NCBI RefSeq assembly: GCF_000341395.1 | Contig: NC_020304.1 | Span: 2,850,001 to 2,882,000 of the forward strand | Source: Desulfocapsa sulfexigens DSM 10523 | GTDB taxonomy: Bacteria; Desulfobacterota; Desulfobulbia; Desulfobulbales; Desulfocapsaceae | DNA: 32,000 nt | Direction of reading: 5' to 3' | Translations under genes and position numbers: made by a program | The notes under the pieces: model-generated | Told to the model about the DNA's origin: nothing | Seen by the model: only the letters and a program-made list of their open reading frames with translations | Databases searched by the model: none | Shown here: positions 1-8,348 of the stretch, piece after piece | Position numbering within the stretch: position 1 is the first letter of the stretch | How the letters are laid out: the number at the start of each line of letters is the position of its first letter

Positions 1-1
1 G

Positions 2-346
2 ACCTTGGGAAAACAGTTGGTGACAGTTTATAGCCCGGTGGATCTTTTCACCTCCCGTATTGCCCTTCCTGTAGAAGAAAAAAATGGAGTTTTCCTGAAG
101 AATGACAGGGGCGAGAAGTTACATCTCACAGTGAATAGGGGGCTGACCATTACTCAGGCAGACAAAGCCTTTTCTCTCATTGGTTTGATTTCAGAGCTCC
201 AGGAAATGGGATGTTGTAATTTTGTCTTGGACCTACGGGGAACTGGGCTGGCAACTCCAGGAGGGCAGGAGATTATGATGGCCTATGCTGAAGATAGAAC
301 TATTCCAGGCACCATTCTGCTAAACTATGAAAAAGGGTTGATCTGA
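2..346 (+). CDS. 3' end of a CDS entering from the left edge; product not recognised
   Basis: Frame is open from the window edge to TGA at 344-346 (track ORF 5..346). I can name no motif. Its last 22 nt overlap the convergent gene at 325..771. Confidence 0.45.
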   Translation, partial: TLGKQLVTVYSPVDLFTSRIALPVEEKNGVFLKNDRGEKLHLTVNRGLTITQADKAFSLIGLISELQEMGCCNFVLDLRGTGLATPGGQEIMMAYAEDRTIPGTILLNYEKGLI

Positions 347-771
347 CTTTTGCTGTCAAAGAATTTCTGGAGGGAATGAGAAATGTATTTTTCCACTTCC
401 TTCAGACTTGTGTATACTATCACTTTGAAAAAAGAATTGCCGGCAATCATGGCGGACAGGGAATTGTTTTTATTGTTACGAAACAGGCAGAGGCAGGGGA
501 TGTTGAGCTTTTCAGCAACAGCAAGCTCGTAGCCAACACCGAGTGATGGTGTGGAGACCTCAGCTATGAGCAGGTCGGCCTCTTCAAGCCATCGCATATC
601 GCGAGCGTATATTTCTTTTTCGGAGAGAGACTGCTCTTCCTGCAGGAGTGTCTCATCTCCAACATGTTCAGTAAGAACCGTCCCCCGTGACTGAAGAAAC
701 TCTATTATATTACGGTATATTTCAGCGTCATCACGACCACCGCGGATGGCACCCGCAAAGTAAAAATTCAT
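325..771 (-). CDS. 2'-deoxynucleoside 5'-phosphate N-hydrolase-like protein (DNPH1/Rcl, nucleoside 2-deoxyribosyltransferase superfamily)
   Basis: N-terminal FYFAGAIRGGRDD matches the DNPH1 YFCGSIRGGRED motif. TVLTEHV and PSLGVGYELA match the block carrying the catalytic Glu (SLGVGYELG), and LSAMIAGN matches LSAMIRG. The size of 148 aa is typical. Confidence 0.8.
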   Translation of the reverse strand: MNFYFAGAIRGGRDDAEIYRNIIEFLQSRGTVLTEHVGDETLLQEEQSLSEKEIYARDMRWLEEADLLIAEVSTPSLGVGYELAVAEKLNIPCLCLFRNNKNNSLSAMIAGNSFFKVIVYTSLKEVEKYISHSLQKFFDSKSQINPFS

Positions 772-786
772 TGTGTTAAGAAAAGA

Positions 787-1872
787 TTATTCCGATTCCA
801 TTTCGGCAAGAAATCTCCGCCTCCACCCGATTTTCTGGCGTGAGGTGGAGGTTGAGCTGTGTCGTATGCATTGCAAAAGCTCACTTTTGTTACCAAGGAG
901 GGCAGGGTCTATGCCGCTGACATCGCTTTTCAGGGTAATATAGTCCTGCAGACCGGTGAGCGCTTTTTTTTCTTTGGTACTCAGTTTGGGGACAGACAGG
1001 AGGGGAGGGCACTCTTCTGTAGGCCGTTGCAACCCTTTATTTACAAGTTGAATCAGGGTGTCTCCGTAGGTTTTGACACTTTTTACAGATATTCCTTCGC
1101 ATTGTTCTAAGGTGTCGGGACTTGTCAGTCGTTCTCTGGCTATAGAGAGAAGCACGGTATCTTTTATGATGTGACCGCGCGGACGATTTCTGTGTCTCGC
1201 CTCCGCTTCTCGCCAGGCGGCTAACTCCTGAAGTATTGCCAGAGACTGTGCCTCAAGACCTCCTGCTCCCTTTATCTTTGTGTAACGTTCTTCATCTGTG
1301 ACACCAAGGTAGCTTGCCGGGTTGTCTAGTCTTTGCAGTTCTTCTTCCAGCCAGGGGAGCGTTTCAGGGAGGACGCGGGCAAGCAGGAGAACACGTACAG
1401 CTCGCAGGTATCGGACATCATCCATTGCATATAATGTCTGCTTTGAGTTCAATGGCCGCTTGAGCCAATTGGTACGTGTCTCGGTTTTTTCAAGTTTGAT
1501 ATCAAGAAGTAATTCGATCAGGGCTCCGAGGGAAAGTGTAGAGGTGAACCCTGCAAATCCGGCCGCTAATCTGGTGTCAAAAATATTTTTGGGATCTTTG
1601 CCAGTTGCAGTACGCAGGATCGTAAGATCTTGAGGGGCATCGTGAAATATTTTGACAACTGATCTGTCAGCGAGTAATTCTCCTAATGGGGAAAGATCGT
1701 CTAAAGCGCAGGGATCGATGAGGAAACATTCCTCATTGGAAAGTGCCAGCTGAATAAGCCCAAGCTTGGGATAATAGGTCTTTTCCCATACGAATTCTGT
1801 ATCAAGGGCTACTGCGTTTGTTTCCTGGGCCCGTTTTATAAGGGCTTCTAGAGCTTCTGGTGTTGTAATCAT
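787..1872 (-). CDS. rnd: ribonuclease D (DEDD 3'-5' exonuclease plus HRDC domain)
   Basis: ALDTEFVWEKTYYPKLGLIQLA is the ExoI motif. FHDAPQDL and YAMDDVRYL are the ExoII/III-like motifs. A C-terminal HRDC-like segment is present and the length is 361 aa. Confidence 0.85.
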   Translation of the reverse strand: MITTPEALEALIKRAQETNAVALDTEFVWEKTYYPKLGLIQLALSNEECFLIDPCALDDLSPLGELLADRSVVKIFHDAPQDLTILRTATGKDPKNIFDTRLAAGFAGFTSTLSLGALIELLLDIKLEKTETRTNWLKRPLNSKQTLYAMDDVRYLRAVRVLLLARVLPETLPWLEEELQRLDNPASYLGVTDEERYTKIKGAGGLEAQSLAILQELAAWREAEARHRNRPRGHIIKDTVLLSIARERLTSPDTLEQCEGISVKSVKTYGDTLIQLVNKGLQRPTEECPPLLSVPKLSTKEKKALTGLQDYITLKSDVSGIDPALLGNKSELLQCIRHSSTSTSRQKIGWRRRFLAEMESE

Positions 1873-1970
1873 TTGATATTGTCACATAGGAATGGAGTAT
1901 ATTGCACGCTAAAATTTATATTCGCAACTAGCCATATAGATCGAGAAAATACAAGGATTAAACGGTAATT

Positions 1971-3017
1971 TTGATTTTTTATATTTTAAAACGTATAGGG
2001 CTGATGATCCCGACTCTTTTCGGAGTGATGCTTCTCACTTTTGTTGTGACCCAGTTTGTGCCCGGTGGCCCGGTGGAACAGTTACTGGCTCAGATGGAGG
2101 GACTCGGAAATGGGGGAGAGGTTGCCGGAAGTACCTCCGTTTATCGTGGTGATTCTGGACTTGATGACGTACGGCTAGCGCAACTCAAAGAGTTGTATGG
2201 TTTTGACCAGCCTCCAGCTACCCGTTTTGTGAACATGATGAAAAATTATCTCGTGTTTGATTTTGGAAACTCCTATTACTATCACCAGTCTGTAGCTGAT
2301 CTGGTGATTTCCAGAATGCCCGTATCCATGTCACTTGGACTCTGGAGCTTTGTTATTGTTTACGGAGTTTGTATTCCACTTGGTATCAGTAAGGCGGTCC
2401 GTGACGGTTCCCGATTTGACATGCTGACATCAACCGCAATTCTGATAGGATATGCAATACCTGGTTTTGTCCTTGCAATCGTTTTAATAGTTCTCTTTGG
2501 CGGTGGCTCATTCTGGAATATTTTTCCCCTGCGAGGGATTGTTTCCGACGGTTGGGCTGACATGGGTATGGTGCAGAAAATTCTTGATTATCTTTGGCAT
2601 ATGGTCCTTCCCATTACGTCAGGTGCTGTTGGCAGTCTTGCTGTAATGACAATGCTCACTAAGAATTCCTTTCTTGAAGAAATCCGTAAACAGTATGTTT
2701 TAACGGCGCGGGCCAAGGGGTTAAGTGAGCAGCAGGTGTTGTATAAACACGTATTCAGGAATGGAATCATCCCTATTATTACAGGATTTCCAGGGTACTT
2801 TATCGCCGCGTTTTTCACAGGCAGTCTGCTTATTGAGACGATTTTTTCACTCGATGGTATGGGGCTCCTTGCCTATCAGTCAGTGTTGAATCGTGACTAC
2901 CCGGTGGTGTTGGGAACCCTTTATTTTTTTACTATTATCGGTCTTTTTTCCAGATTGCTTTCGGATCTGAGTTATGTAGTGGTTGACCCGAGGATCAGTT
3001 TTGACAGAACCGATTGA
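1971..3017 (+). CDS. yejB: ABC transporter permease, YejB-like (oligopeptide/microcin C type)
   Basis: N-terminus ILKRIGLMIPTLFGVMLLTFVVTQFVPGGPVEQ is typical of DppB/YejB permeases. It is multi-pass hydrophobic with an EAA-like loop (LTARAKGLSEQQVLYKHVFRNG). The start is TTG in the track. Confidence 0.8.
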   Translation: MIFYILKRIGLMIPTLFGVMLLTFVVTQFVPGGPVEQLLAQMEGLGNGGEVAGSTSVYRGDSGLDDVRLAQLKELYGFDQPPATRFVNMMKNYLVFDFGNSYYYHQSVADLVISRMPVSMSLGLWSFVIVYGVCIPLGISKAVRDGSRFDMLTSTAILIGYAIPGFVLAIVLIVLFGGGSFWNIFPLRGIVSDGWADMGMVQKILDYLWHMVLPITSGAVGSLAVMTMLTKNSFLEEIRKQYVLTARAKGLSEQQVLYKHVFRNGIIPIITGFPGYFIAAFFTGSLLIETIFSLDGMGLLAYQSVLNRDYPVVLGTLYFFTIIGLFSRLLSDLSYVVVDPRISFDRTD

Positions 3018-4053
3018 AAATCAGGGTGTGGAGAAGTCGATCAGTCTCTCCCGCAGGAGGTGGCGAAGATTCTGCCGTAACCGAAGGGGCTTCTACAGCC
3101 TTATTGTCTTTGCCTTCTTTTTTGTGATAAGCCTCTTTGCAGAAGCCATATCAAATGATGTTCCGCTTCTGGTACGATATGAGGGACATCTCTATTTTCC
3201 ATTGCTGGTTGAGTATCCGGAAACCACTTTTGGAGGTGATTTTGAAACCGAGACTGACTACCTTGATCCCTATATTTACGAAAAACTTACAACCGATGGC
3301 AATAGTGTTTATTTCCCGTTCAACAGTCACAGCTATCAGAGTATAAATTTCAACATTGATGGTCCTGTTCCTTCTCCGCCAACAGACGAAAACATTCTTG
3401 GCACTGATGATCGTGGGAGGGATGTCTTTGCGCGACTTCTTTATGGCTTTCGTCTGAGCATTTTATTTGGTTTTGCCCTCACTACAGTAGGAACGCTTGT
3501 CGGAATTATTACCGGCGCAGTGCAGGGTTTTTTCGGTGGCAGGGTGGATCTGTTCTTCCAAAGGTTTATAGAAATATGGGGGGCGATGCCTGAGCTCTAT
3601 CTGCTTATTATTTTTGCTTCAATTTTCAAACCAAGCGTTATGTTATTACTTGTGCTACTCTCGCTATTCAGCTGGATGGGACTTTCCGATTACGTTCGTG
3701 CCGAATTTTTAAAAGGCAGGAATATGGAATATGTGAAGGCGGCCAGAGCTCTTGGTGTTTCGAACGTGACCATTATGTATCGTCATCTGCTTCCAAATGG
3801 CATGACTCCGGTTATTACTTTTTTGCCATTCAGGATGTCTGCTTCAATTCTTGCTCTTACCAGCTTGGATTTTCTTGGACTTGGCGTTCCCCCATCGACA
3901 CCATCACTTGGAGAACTTTTGGCCCAGGGCAAAGCCAATATTGATGCCTGGTGGCTCTCTCTTTCAACTTTCCTTGTCCTGGTCGGAACGCTTGTTCTTC
4001 TGATTTTTATCGGAGAAGCGCTGCGGGAAACCTTTGATCCTAGAAAAAACTGA
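2983..4053 (+). CDS. yejE: ABC transporter permease, YejE-like
   Basis: Carries the NILGTDDRGRDVFARLLYG motif of DppC/YejE permeases and the EAA loop YVKAARALGVSNVTIMYRHLLPN. The start is uncertain (TTG at 2983 or 3001) and overlaps the yejB stop. Confidence 0.8.
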   Translation: MTRGSVLTEPIENQGVEKSISLSRRRWRRFCRNRRGFYSLIVFAFFFVISLFAEAISNDVPLLVRYEGHLYFPLLVEYPETTFGGDFETETDYLDPYIYEKLTTDGNSVYFPFNSHSYQSINFNIDGPVPSPPTDENILGTDDRGRDVFARLLYGFRLSILFGFALTTVGTLVGIITGAVQGFFGGRVDLFFQRFIEIWGAMPELYLLIIFASIFKPSVMLLLVLLSLFSWMGLSDYVRAEFLKGRNMEYVKAARALGVSNVTIMYRHLLPNGMTPVITFLPFRMSASILALTSLDFLGLGVPPSTPSLGELLAQGKANIDAWWLSLSTFLVLVGTLVLLIFIGEALRETFDPRKN

Positions 4054-4149
4054 TTTGTGTTTTTTAGTATATTTCGAGTCAAGGGTGCAGATGTGCTTGT
4101 TTTCTAAATAAAAGAAGTTCTTTTAAAAGATCGGAATTATTCTCGGCCA

Positions 4150-4178
4150 TTGACATTCTTAGTTACAGATTTTATCAT
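4150..4178 (+). promoter_or_regulatory. putative sigma70 promoter for the mla operon
   Basis: TTGACA (4150-4155), a 17-nt spacer, then TATCAT (4173-4178), about 85 nt upstream of the mlaE ATG. A second TATAAT lies at 4194-4199. Confidence 0.45.
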
Positions 4179-4260
4179 AGGGCTGCAAAAGATTATAATG
4201 ATAGACGCTCATTTCTTTATCATTGTCTCCTGAAACCGAAAACCACATGCTGTAACGCTT

Positions 4261-5052
4261 ATGCAACTAAATGTCATATCTCGATTTGGAAGTACCGGAC
4301 TTGTTGTGGTCACAGATATGGGGCGTATGGGCTTATATCTGCTCCAGATAATTCAGGGTTGTTTCAGGGTGCCATTTCGTTTCTCGGAGTTGATGCGTCA
4401 GCTCAATTTTATTGGTGTCGGCTCTCTTGTCGTAATCTTCTTCACCGCTGCTTCAACCGGAATGGTTCTTGGATTGCAGGGCTATTACTCATTACACAAA
4501 TTTGGCGCTGAAGGAATGCTTGGCTCGGCTGTGTCACTCACTCTTATAATGGAGCTTGGTCCGGTACTTACCGCCCTTATGGTGACCGGTCGTGCAGGAT
4601 CAGCCATGTGCGCAGAGCTTGGCATTATGCGTATTTCCGAACAGATCGATGCACTTGACTGTATGGCTGTTGATCCTTTCCGCTATCTTATTTCCCCTAA
4701 ACTTCTTGCTGCCTTTATTTCCGTTCCGTTGTTGACTGTCCTGTTCGATGTTGTCGGGATAGCTGGAGGCTATGTGGCTGGGGTCCAACTGATGGGAGTC
4801 AATCCGGGTAGCTTTTTTGATGGGATGCAGCGTAGTGTGACGAACCATGATATTATGCTCGGTACTGTGAAGTCATTTGTTTTTGCAGTGCTGATTGTCT
4901 GGATCTGCTCTGGCCGAGGGTTTTTTGTTCATCAGATCAAGGGAGCAGGATTTGGGGCCCGTAGTGTGTCAAAAGTTACCACACAGGCTGTTGTCCTTTC
5001 TTCAATATCTGTTCTTGTTTTCGATTATCTGCTCACGGCCATCCTGATATGA
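4261..5052 (+). CDS. mlaE: phospholipid/lipid-asymmetry ABC transporter permease MlaE
   Basis: 263-aa multi-pass protein. LGPVLTALMVTGRAGSAMCAELGIMRISEQIDAL is the hallmark MlaE/Ttg2B block. The stop overlaps the mlaF start (ATGA at 5049-5052). Confidence 0.88.
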   Translation: MQLNVISRFGSTGLVVVTDMGRMGLYLLQIIQGCFRVPFRFSELMRQLNFIGVGSLVVIFFTAASTGMVLGLQGYYSLHKFGAEGMLGSAVSLTLIMELGPVLTALMVTGRAGSAMCAELGIMRISEQIDALDCMAVDPFRYLISPKLLAAFISVPLLTVLFDVVGIAGGYVAGVQLMGVNPGSFFDGMQRSVTNHDIMLGTVKSFVFAVLIVWICSGRGFFVHQIKGAGFGARSVSKVTTQAVVLSSISVLVFDYLLTAILI

Positions 5053-5834
5053 ATGATATTAGCATAGAATTTAAAGAGGTTGCAAAAGCCTTTGTTCGCG
5101 ATAACGGCAGTAGGCAGGTTATTCTCGATAATGTGAGTTTTTCAATTCCAGCTGGTAAAACAACTGTTATCGCAGGGGGTAGTGGACAGGGGAAAAGTGT
5201 CACCTTGAAACTTATTCTTGGTCTCATGCAGGAAGACAGTGGGCATATATTTGTCGGAGGTGATGAAATAACCGGAATTCGAGGAGGTAAGCTTAAGGAA
5301 TTGCGCACTAGATTTGGTGTCTTGTTCCAAGGGTCTGCGCTTTTCGATTCCATGACCGTTTTTGAAAATGTTGCTCTCCCACTTAAGGAGAGAACAAATA
5401 AAACCGACAGTGACATAAAAAAACAGGTGTTGTCCAGTCTTGAGCAGCTCGAGTTGCTCGGTCACGAGAACAAGTTTCCGGCGCAGCTCAGCGGTGGTAT
5501 GAAGAAAAGAGCTGGGCTGGCAAGGGCTCTACAGCTGAAACCTGAGATTATGCTCTTTGACGAGCCAACCACAGGTCTTGATCCGGTGATGACTCAGGAG
5601 ATTTATCAGCTGTTTGCAAAAACTCAGGAACAGATTGGCTACACATCTGTTATTGTAAGCCATGATATTCCCAAAGTTTTCAATCTCGCTGATCAGGTGA
5701 TCGTTCTCCATAACGGGGAAGTGGAGGCTTTTCCCTCTCCTGAAGCGATACAATGGTCCAGTAAACCCCATATTCGTAAATTTGTGGAAACCACAATGGG
5801 TGAAATTTATCAGAGTCATTTGGTGGAACAATGA
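5049..5834 (+). CDS. mlaF: ABC transporter ATP-binding protein MlaF
   Basis: Walker A GGSGQGKS, signature LSGGMKKR, Walker B MLFDEPTTGLD and H-loop VSHD are present. It lies between mlaE and mlaD with ATGA overlaps at both ends. Confidence 0.88.
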   Translation: MNDISIEFKEVAKAFVRDNGSRQVILDNVSFSIPAGKTTVIAGGSGQGKSVTLKLILGLMQEDSGHIFVGGDEITGIRGGKLKELRTRFGVLFQGSALFDSMTVFENVALPLKERTNKTDSDIKKQVLSSLEQLELLGHENKFPAQLSGGMKKRAGLARALQLKPEIMLFDEPTTGLDPVMTQEIYQLFAKTQEQIGYTSVIVSHDIPKVFNLADQVIVLHNGEVEAFPSPEAIQWSSKPHIRKFVETTMGEIYQSHLVEQ

Positions 5835-6277
5835 AAAACAGCGTAGAATTTTTGGTAGGTCTTTTTATGATTGCAGGCTTTACAGCATTTGGGTATCTGG
5901 CTCTGCAGCTTGGCGAAGTTTCTCTCTTCAGTGATAGTAAAAACTATACTATAGTTGCTCAGTTTGACAACATATCAGGTGTGAAAAAAGGTGCTTCTGT
6001 GCAGGTGGCAGGTGTGGTTGTAGGCCAGGTCGACAAAATCTGGCTTGATGGTACCGGTGTGGCTAATATAGCCTTGAAACTCTCAAAAGATGTTGAACTC
6101 GCCACCGACTCCATGGCTTCAGTCAAATCCCAGGGGCTTATCGGTGATAAGTTTATTGCTCTGAGCCTTGGCGGAGATGAAGAATCTTTTAAAGATGGTG
6201 ATATTCTTACTGACACAGAGTCTGCAGTAGATATTGAATCTCTGATCAGTAAATTCGCCTTTGGTGATGTGAAATAA
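5831..6277 (+). CDS. mlaD: MCE-domain protein MlaD
   Basis: N-terminal TM anchor (VEFLVGLFMIAGFTAFGYLAL) is followed by a single MCE domain (SGVKKGASVQVAGVVVGQV). Length is 148 aa. Confidence 0.85.
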   Translation: MKNSVEFLVGLFMIAGFTAFGYLALQLGEVSLFSDSKNYTIVAQFDNISGVKKGASVQVAGVVVGQVDKIWLDGTGVANIALKLSKDVELATDSMASVKSQGLIGDKFIALSLGGDEESFKDGDILTDTESAVDIESLISKFAFGDVK

Positions 6278-6298
6278 ACTTCATCTTCTTCTTAATGT

Positions 6299-7135
6299 AT
6301 GAAAACTCTATTGTACCCTAAAATTATAATTCTTTTTACTCTATTGCTACTCTTGTGCTGCAGTTTTGGCTGTTCCCAGAAAGGTAGTGCTGTAGCTTTT
6401 CAGGATGTAGTCATTGAAGATGACGAGGTGCCGGTTGATAAAATGGATATGCTCCTGAATGATGATTTTTTCGATGAGGAAAAAGTCGTAGAACAGATTT
6501 ATTATGATCCGCTTGAGCCTATGAATAGGGTCTTTTTCGAGTTTAATGATAAGCTCTATTACTGGTTTCTGAGTCCATTGAATACTGCTTACACCGCTAT
6601 CTTACCCTGGGATATACGTTTTTCTATTGGAAATTTTGTGAATAATCTTGCTGCGCCTATTCGTCTGGTGAACAATCTCCTCCAGTTGAAAATTAAGGAT
6701 GCAGGGGTTGAGATATCCCGTTTTTTGATTAACTCCACACTGGGCGTTTTTGGCTTTGGTGATCCTGCCATGCTTGACTTCGGTCTTGCACCCAGAGAAG
6801 AGGATTTTGGTCAAACCCTTGGATACTGGGGGGTTGGCGAAGGTGTTTATCTCTGTGTGCCGATCATTGGGCCATCGAACGTCCGTGACCTGGTGGGGTT
6901 TACCGCAGATGCTTACACCCACCCCATGGTGTATTATATAGATGAACTCTATGTGAGTGCCGGGTATTACGCGGGGAGCAGGGTTAATCTGCTGTCTCTC
7001 AATCCTGAAGTATACGAAGATTTGAAAAAATATTCATTGGATCCTTATGTTTCCATGAGACAGGTCTATCTTGAATATCGCAGGAAAAAAATTGACGACA
7101 ACCCAATGCAACGCAGAAGTGATAATGAGTTGTAA
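6299..7135 (+). CDS. mlaA: MlaA/VacJ family outer-membrane lipoprotein
   Basis: Has a signal peptide with Cys-containing lipobox-like end (LLLLCCSFGCSQ) and the VacJ core DPLEPMNRVFFEFNDKLY...LGVFGFGD...FGQTLGYWGV. Confidence 0.85.
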   Translation: MKTLLYPKIIILFTLLLLLCCSFGCSQKGSAVAFQDVVIEDDEVPVDKMDMLLNDDFFDEEKVVEQIYYDPLEPMNRVFFEFNDKLYYWFLSPLNTAYTAILPWDIRFSIGNFVNNLAAPIRLVNNLLQLKIKDAGVEISRFLINSTLGVFGFGDPAMLDFGLAPREEDFGQTLGYWGVGEGVYLCVPIIGPSNVRDLVGFTADAYTHPMVYYIDELYVSAGYYAGSRVNLLSLNPEVYEDLKKYSLDPYVSMRQVYLEYRRKKIDDNPMQRRSDNEL

Positions 7136-7160
7136 AATCAATCTTTGAGTGAGTGTGTTT

Positions 7161-7778
7161 ATGATTAGAAAGCGATTGGTGTTTCTTCTGGTATATTTTG
7201 TTATCTTTTGCGCCCATGTTGCTGTGGCCTCTTCCAGTCCCACGGATTCTTTAAGACCCACCCTTGAAGGGGTGATTGATGTTATTCGTGATCCGAACCT
7301 TGCAGGTGTTGACCACAAGAAGGTGAGACGTGAAAAGGTGATGGCTATTGCAACCAGGGGGTTTGATTTCACCGAGATGTCTAAACGTGCTCTGGGAGCG
7401 ACCTGGAGAGATCTGAGTCAGGAAGAGCGCCAGTATTTTGAAGAACTTTTCACTAAGCTTCTTGAAAATGCCTATATCGGAAAACTTGAAGGGTACTCCG
7501 GGCAGGAGATAGTCTATCAGGATGAAAGGATAAAAGGAAACAGGGCTGCTGTTGCAACCATTGTAAAGAGCAGTGATACCGCACCTTTTTCGGTAAGTTA
7601 CGTGATGCTTCAAAGCGGCAGTGATTGGCTGGTCTATGACCTTAATATAGAAGGGGTCAGTTTTCTCCGTAATTACAGTGAACAGTTTAAATCAATTCTA
7701 AGGAAGGATAAATTTGCCGGATTGGTGAAAATACTTGAAGAAAAAAATGAGACTTTTGAAAAAGAGGAAAGCAACTAG
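7161..7778 (+). CDS. mlaC: periplasmic phospholipid-binding protein MlaC (Ttg2D family)
   Basis: Sec signal peptide (MIRKRLVFLLVYFVIFCAHVAVASS). The MlaC-type block is FDFTEMSKRALGATWRDLSQEERQYFEELFTKLLENAY. The track ORF begins at GTG 7149; ATG 7161 is preferred. Confidence 0.8.
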   Translation: MIRKRLVFLLVYFVIFCAHVAVASSSPTDSLRPTLEGVIDVIRDPNLAGVDHKKVRREKVMAIATRGFDFTEMSKRALGATWRDLSQEERQYFEELFTKLLENAYIGKLEGYSGQEIVYQDERIKGNRAAVATIVKSSDTAPFSVSYVMLQSGSDWLVYDLNIEGVSFLRNYSEQFKSILRKDKFAGLVKILEEKNETFEKEESN

Positions 7779-8212
7779 TGGAAAGGTTCCTGACCCGTAT
7801 TGGCCTCTCGGACGAAAATGCTTCCCATGAGCTTGTCTCTCTATTCACTGAGAAAAAAGTAGTGGGTGGTGACATCCTTTTTAATTATAATGATCCTGCT
7901 GAGGAATTGTTTTTTTTAATAGAGGGGCATCTTGCTGTTCATAAATATACTGGCTTCTTAGAAAAGACCCAGGTGATCGCCTTGATCGACCCAGGAGCTA
8001 TCGTGGGCGAATGCGCTATTTTGCAGCAGCATAAGCGAAGTACCCGAGTGACGGCAATTCAGGACAGTAAGCTTTTGTGCCTCACAAAAAATAATTTTGT
8101 AAAATTCCAGGAAGCATTTCCGGAAGTTGCGAATGCAATCCTCCAGTATCTACTTTCTATTGTCAGTCTCCGTCTTGAAAAGACCTCGGAGCGTCTAGCT
8201 CGCATTTTGTAG
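7778..8212 (+). CDS. stand-alone cyclic-nucleotide-binding domain protein (no HTH)
   Basis: GDILFNYNDPAEELFFLIEGHLAV begins the beta-roll. The phosphate-binding cassette GECAILQQHKRSTRVTA is intact (G-E-x-A...R-S-T). GTG at 7778 overlaps the mlaC TAG (7776-7778), and GAGGA lies 9 nt upstream. Confidence 0.75.
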   Translation: MERFLTRIGLSDENASHELVSLFTEKKVVGGDILFNYNDPAEELFFLIEGHLAVHKYTGFLEKTQVIALIDPGAIVGECAILQQHKRSTRVTAIQDSKLLCLTKNNFVKFQEAFPEVANAILQYLLSIVSLRLEKTSERLARIL

Positions 8213-8348
8213 TTCGTGTTTTCATGGTAATTCCTTCGGTTTTGTAATCATTTACAAGAATAAAATTTTTTTCTCGCCATTCTTGTGAAAATTGGGTATT
8301 TTCGTCAGTTTCGTTTGCACGTTTGATATTGTGAGTTGCTGAGGAAAA

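Noticed and set aside
8254-8286. Inverted repeat ACAAGAAT-N17-ATTCTTGT after the cNMP-binding gene and upstream of yceD
   Set aside because: As a terminator it is weak: an AT-rich 8-bp stem, a 17-nt loop and no U-tract. It could be an operator for the yceD-rpmF-plsX-fab operon, but I could not pair it with a convincing -35/-10, so it is left unannotated.
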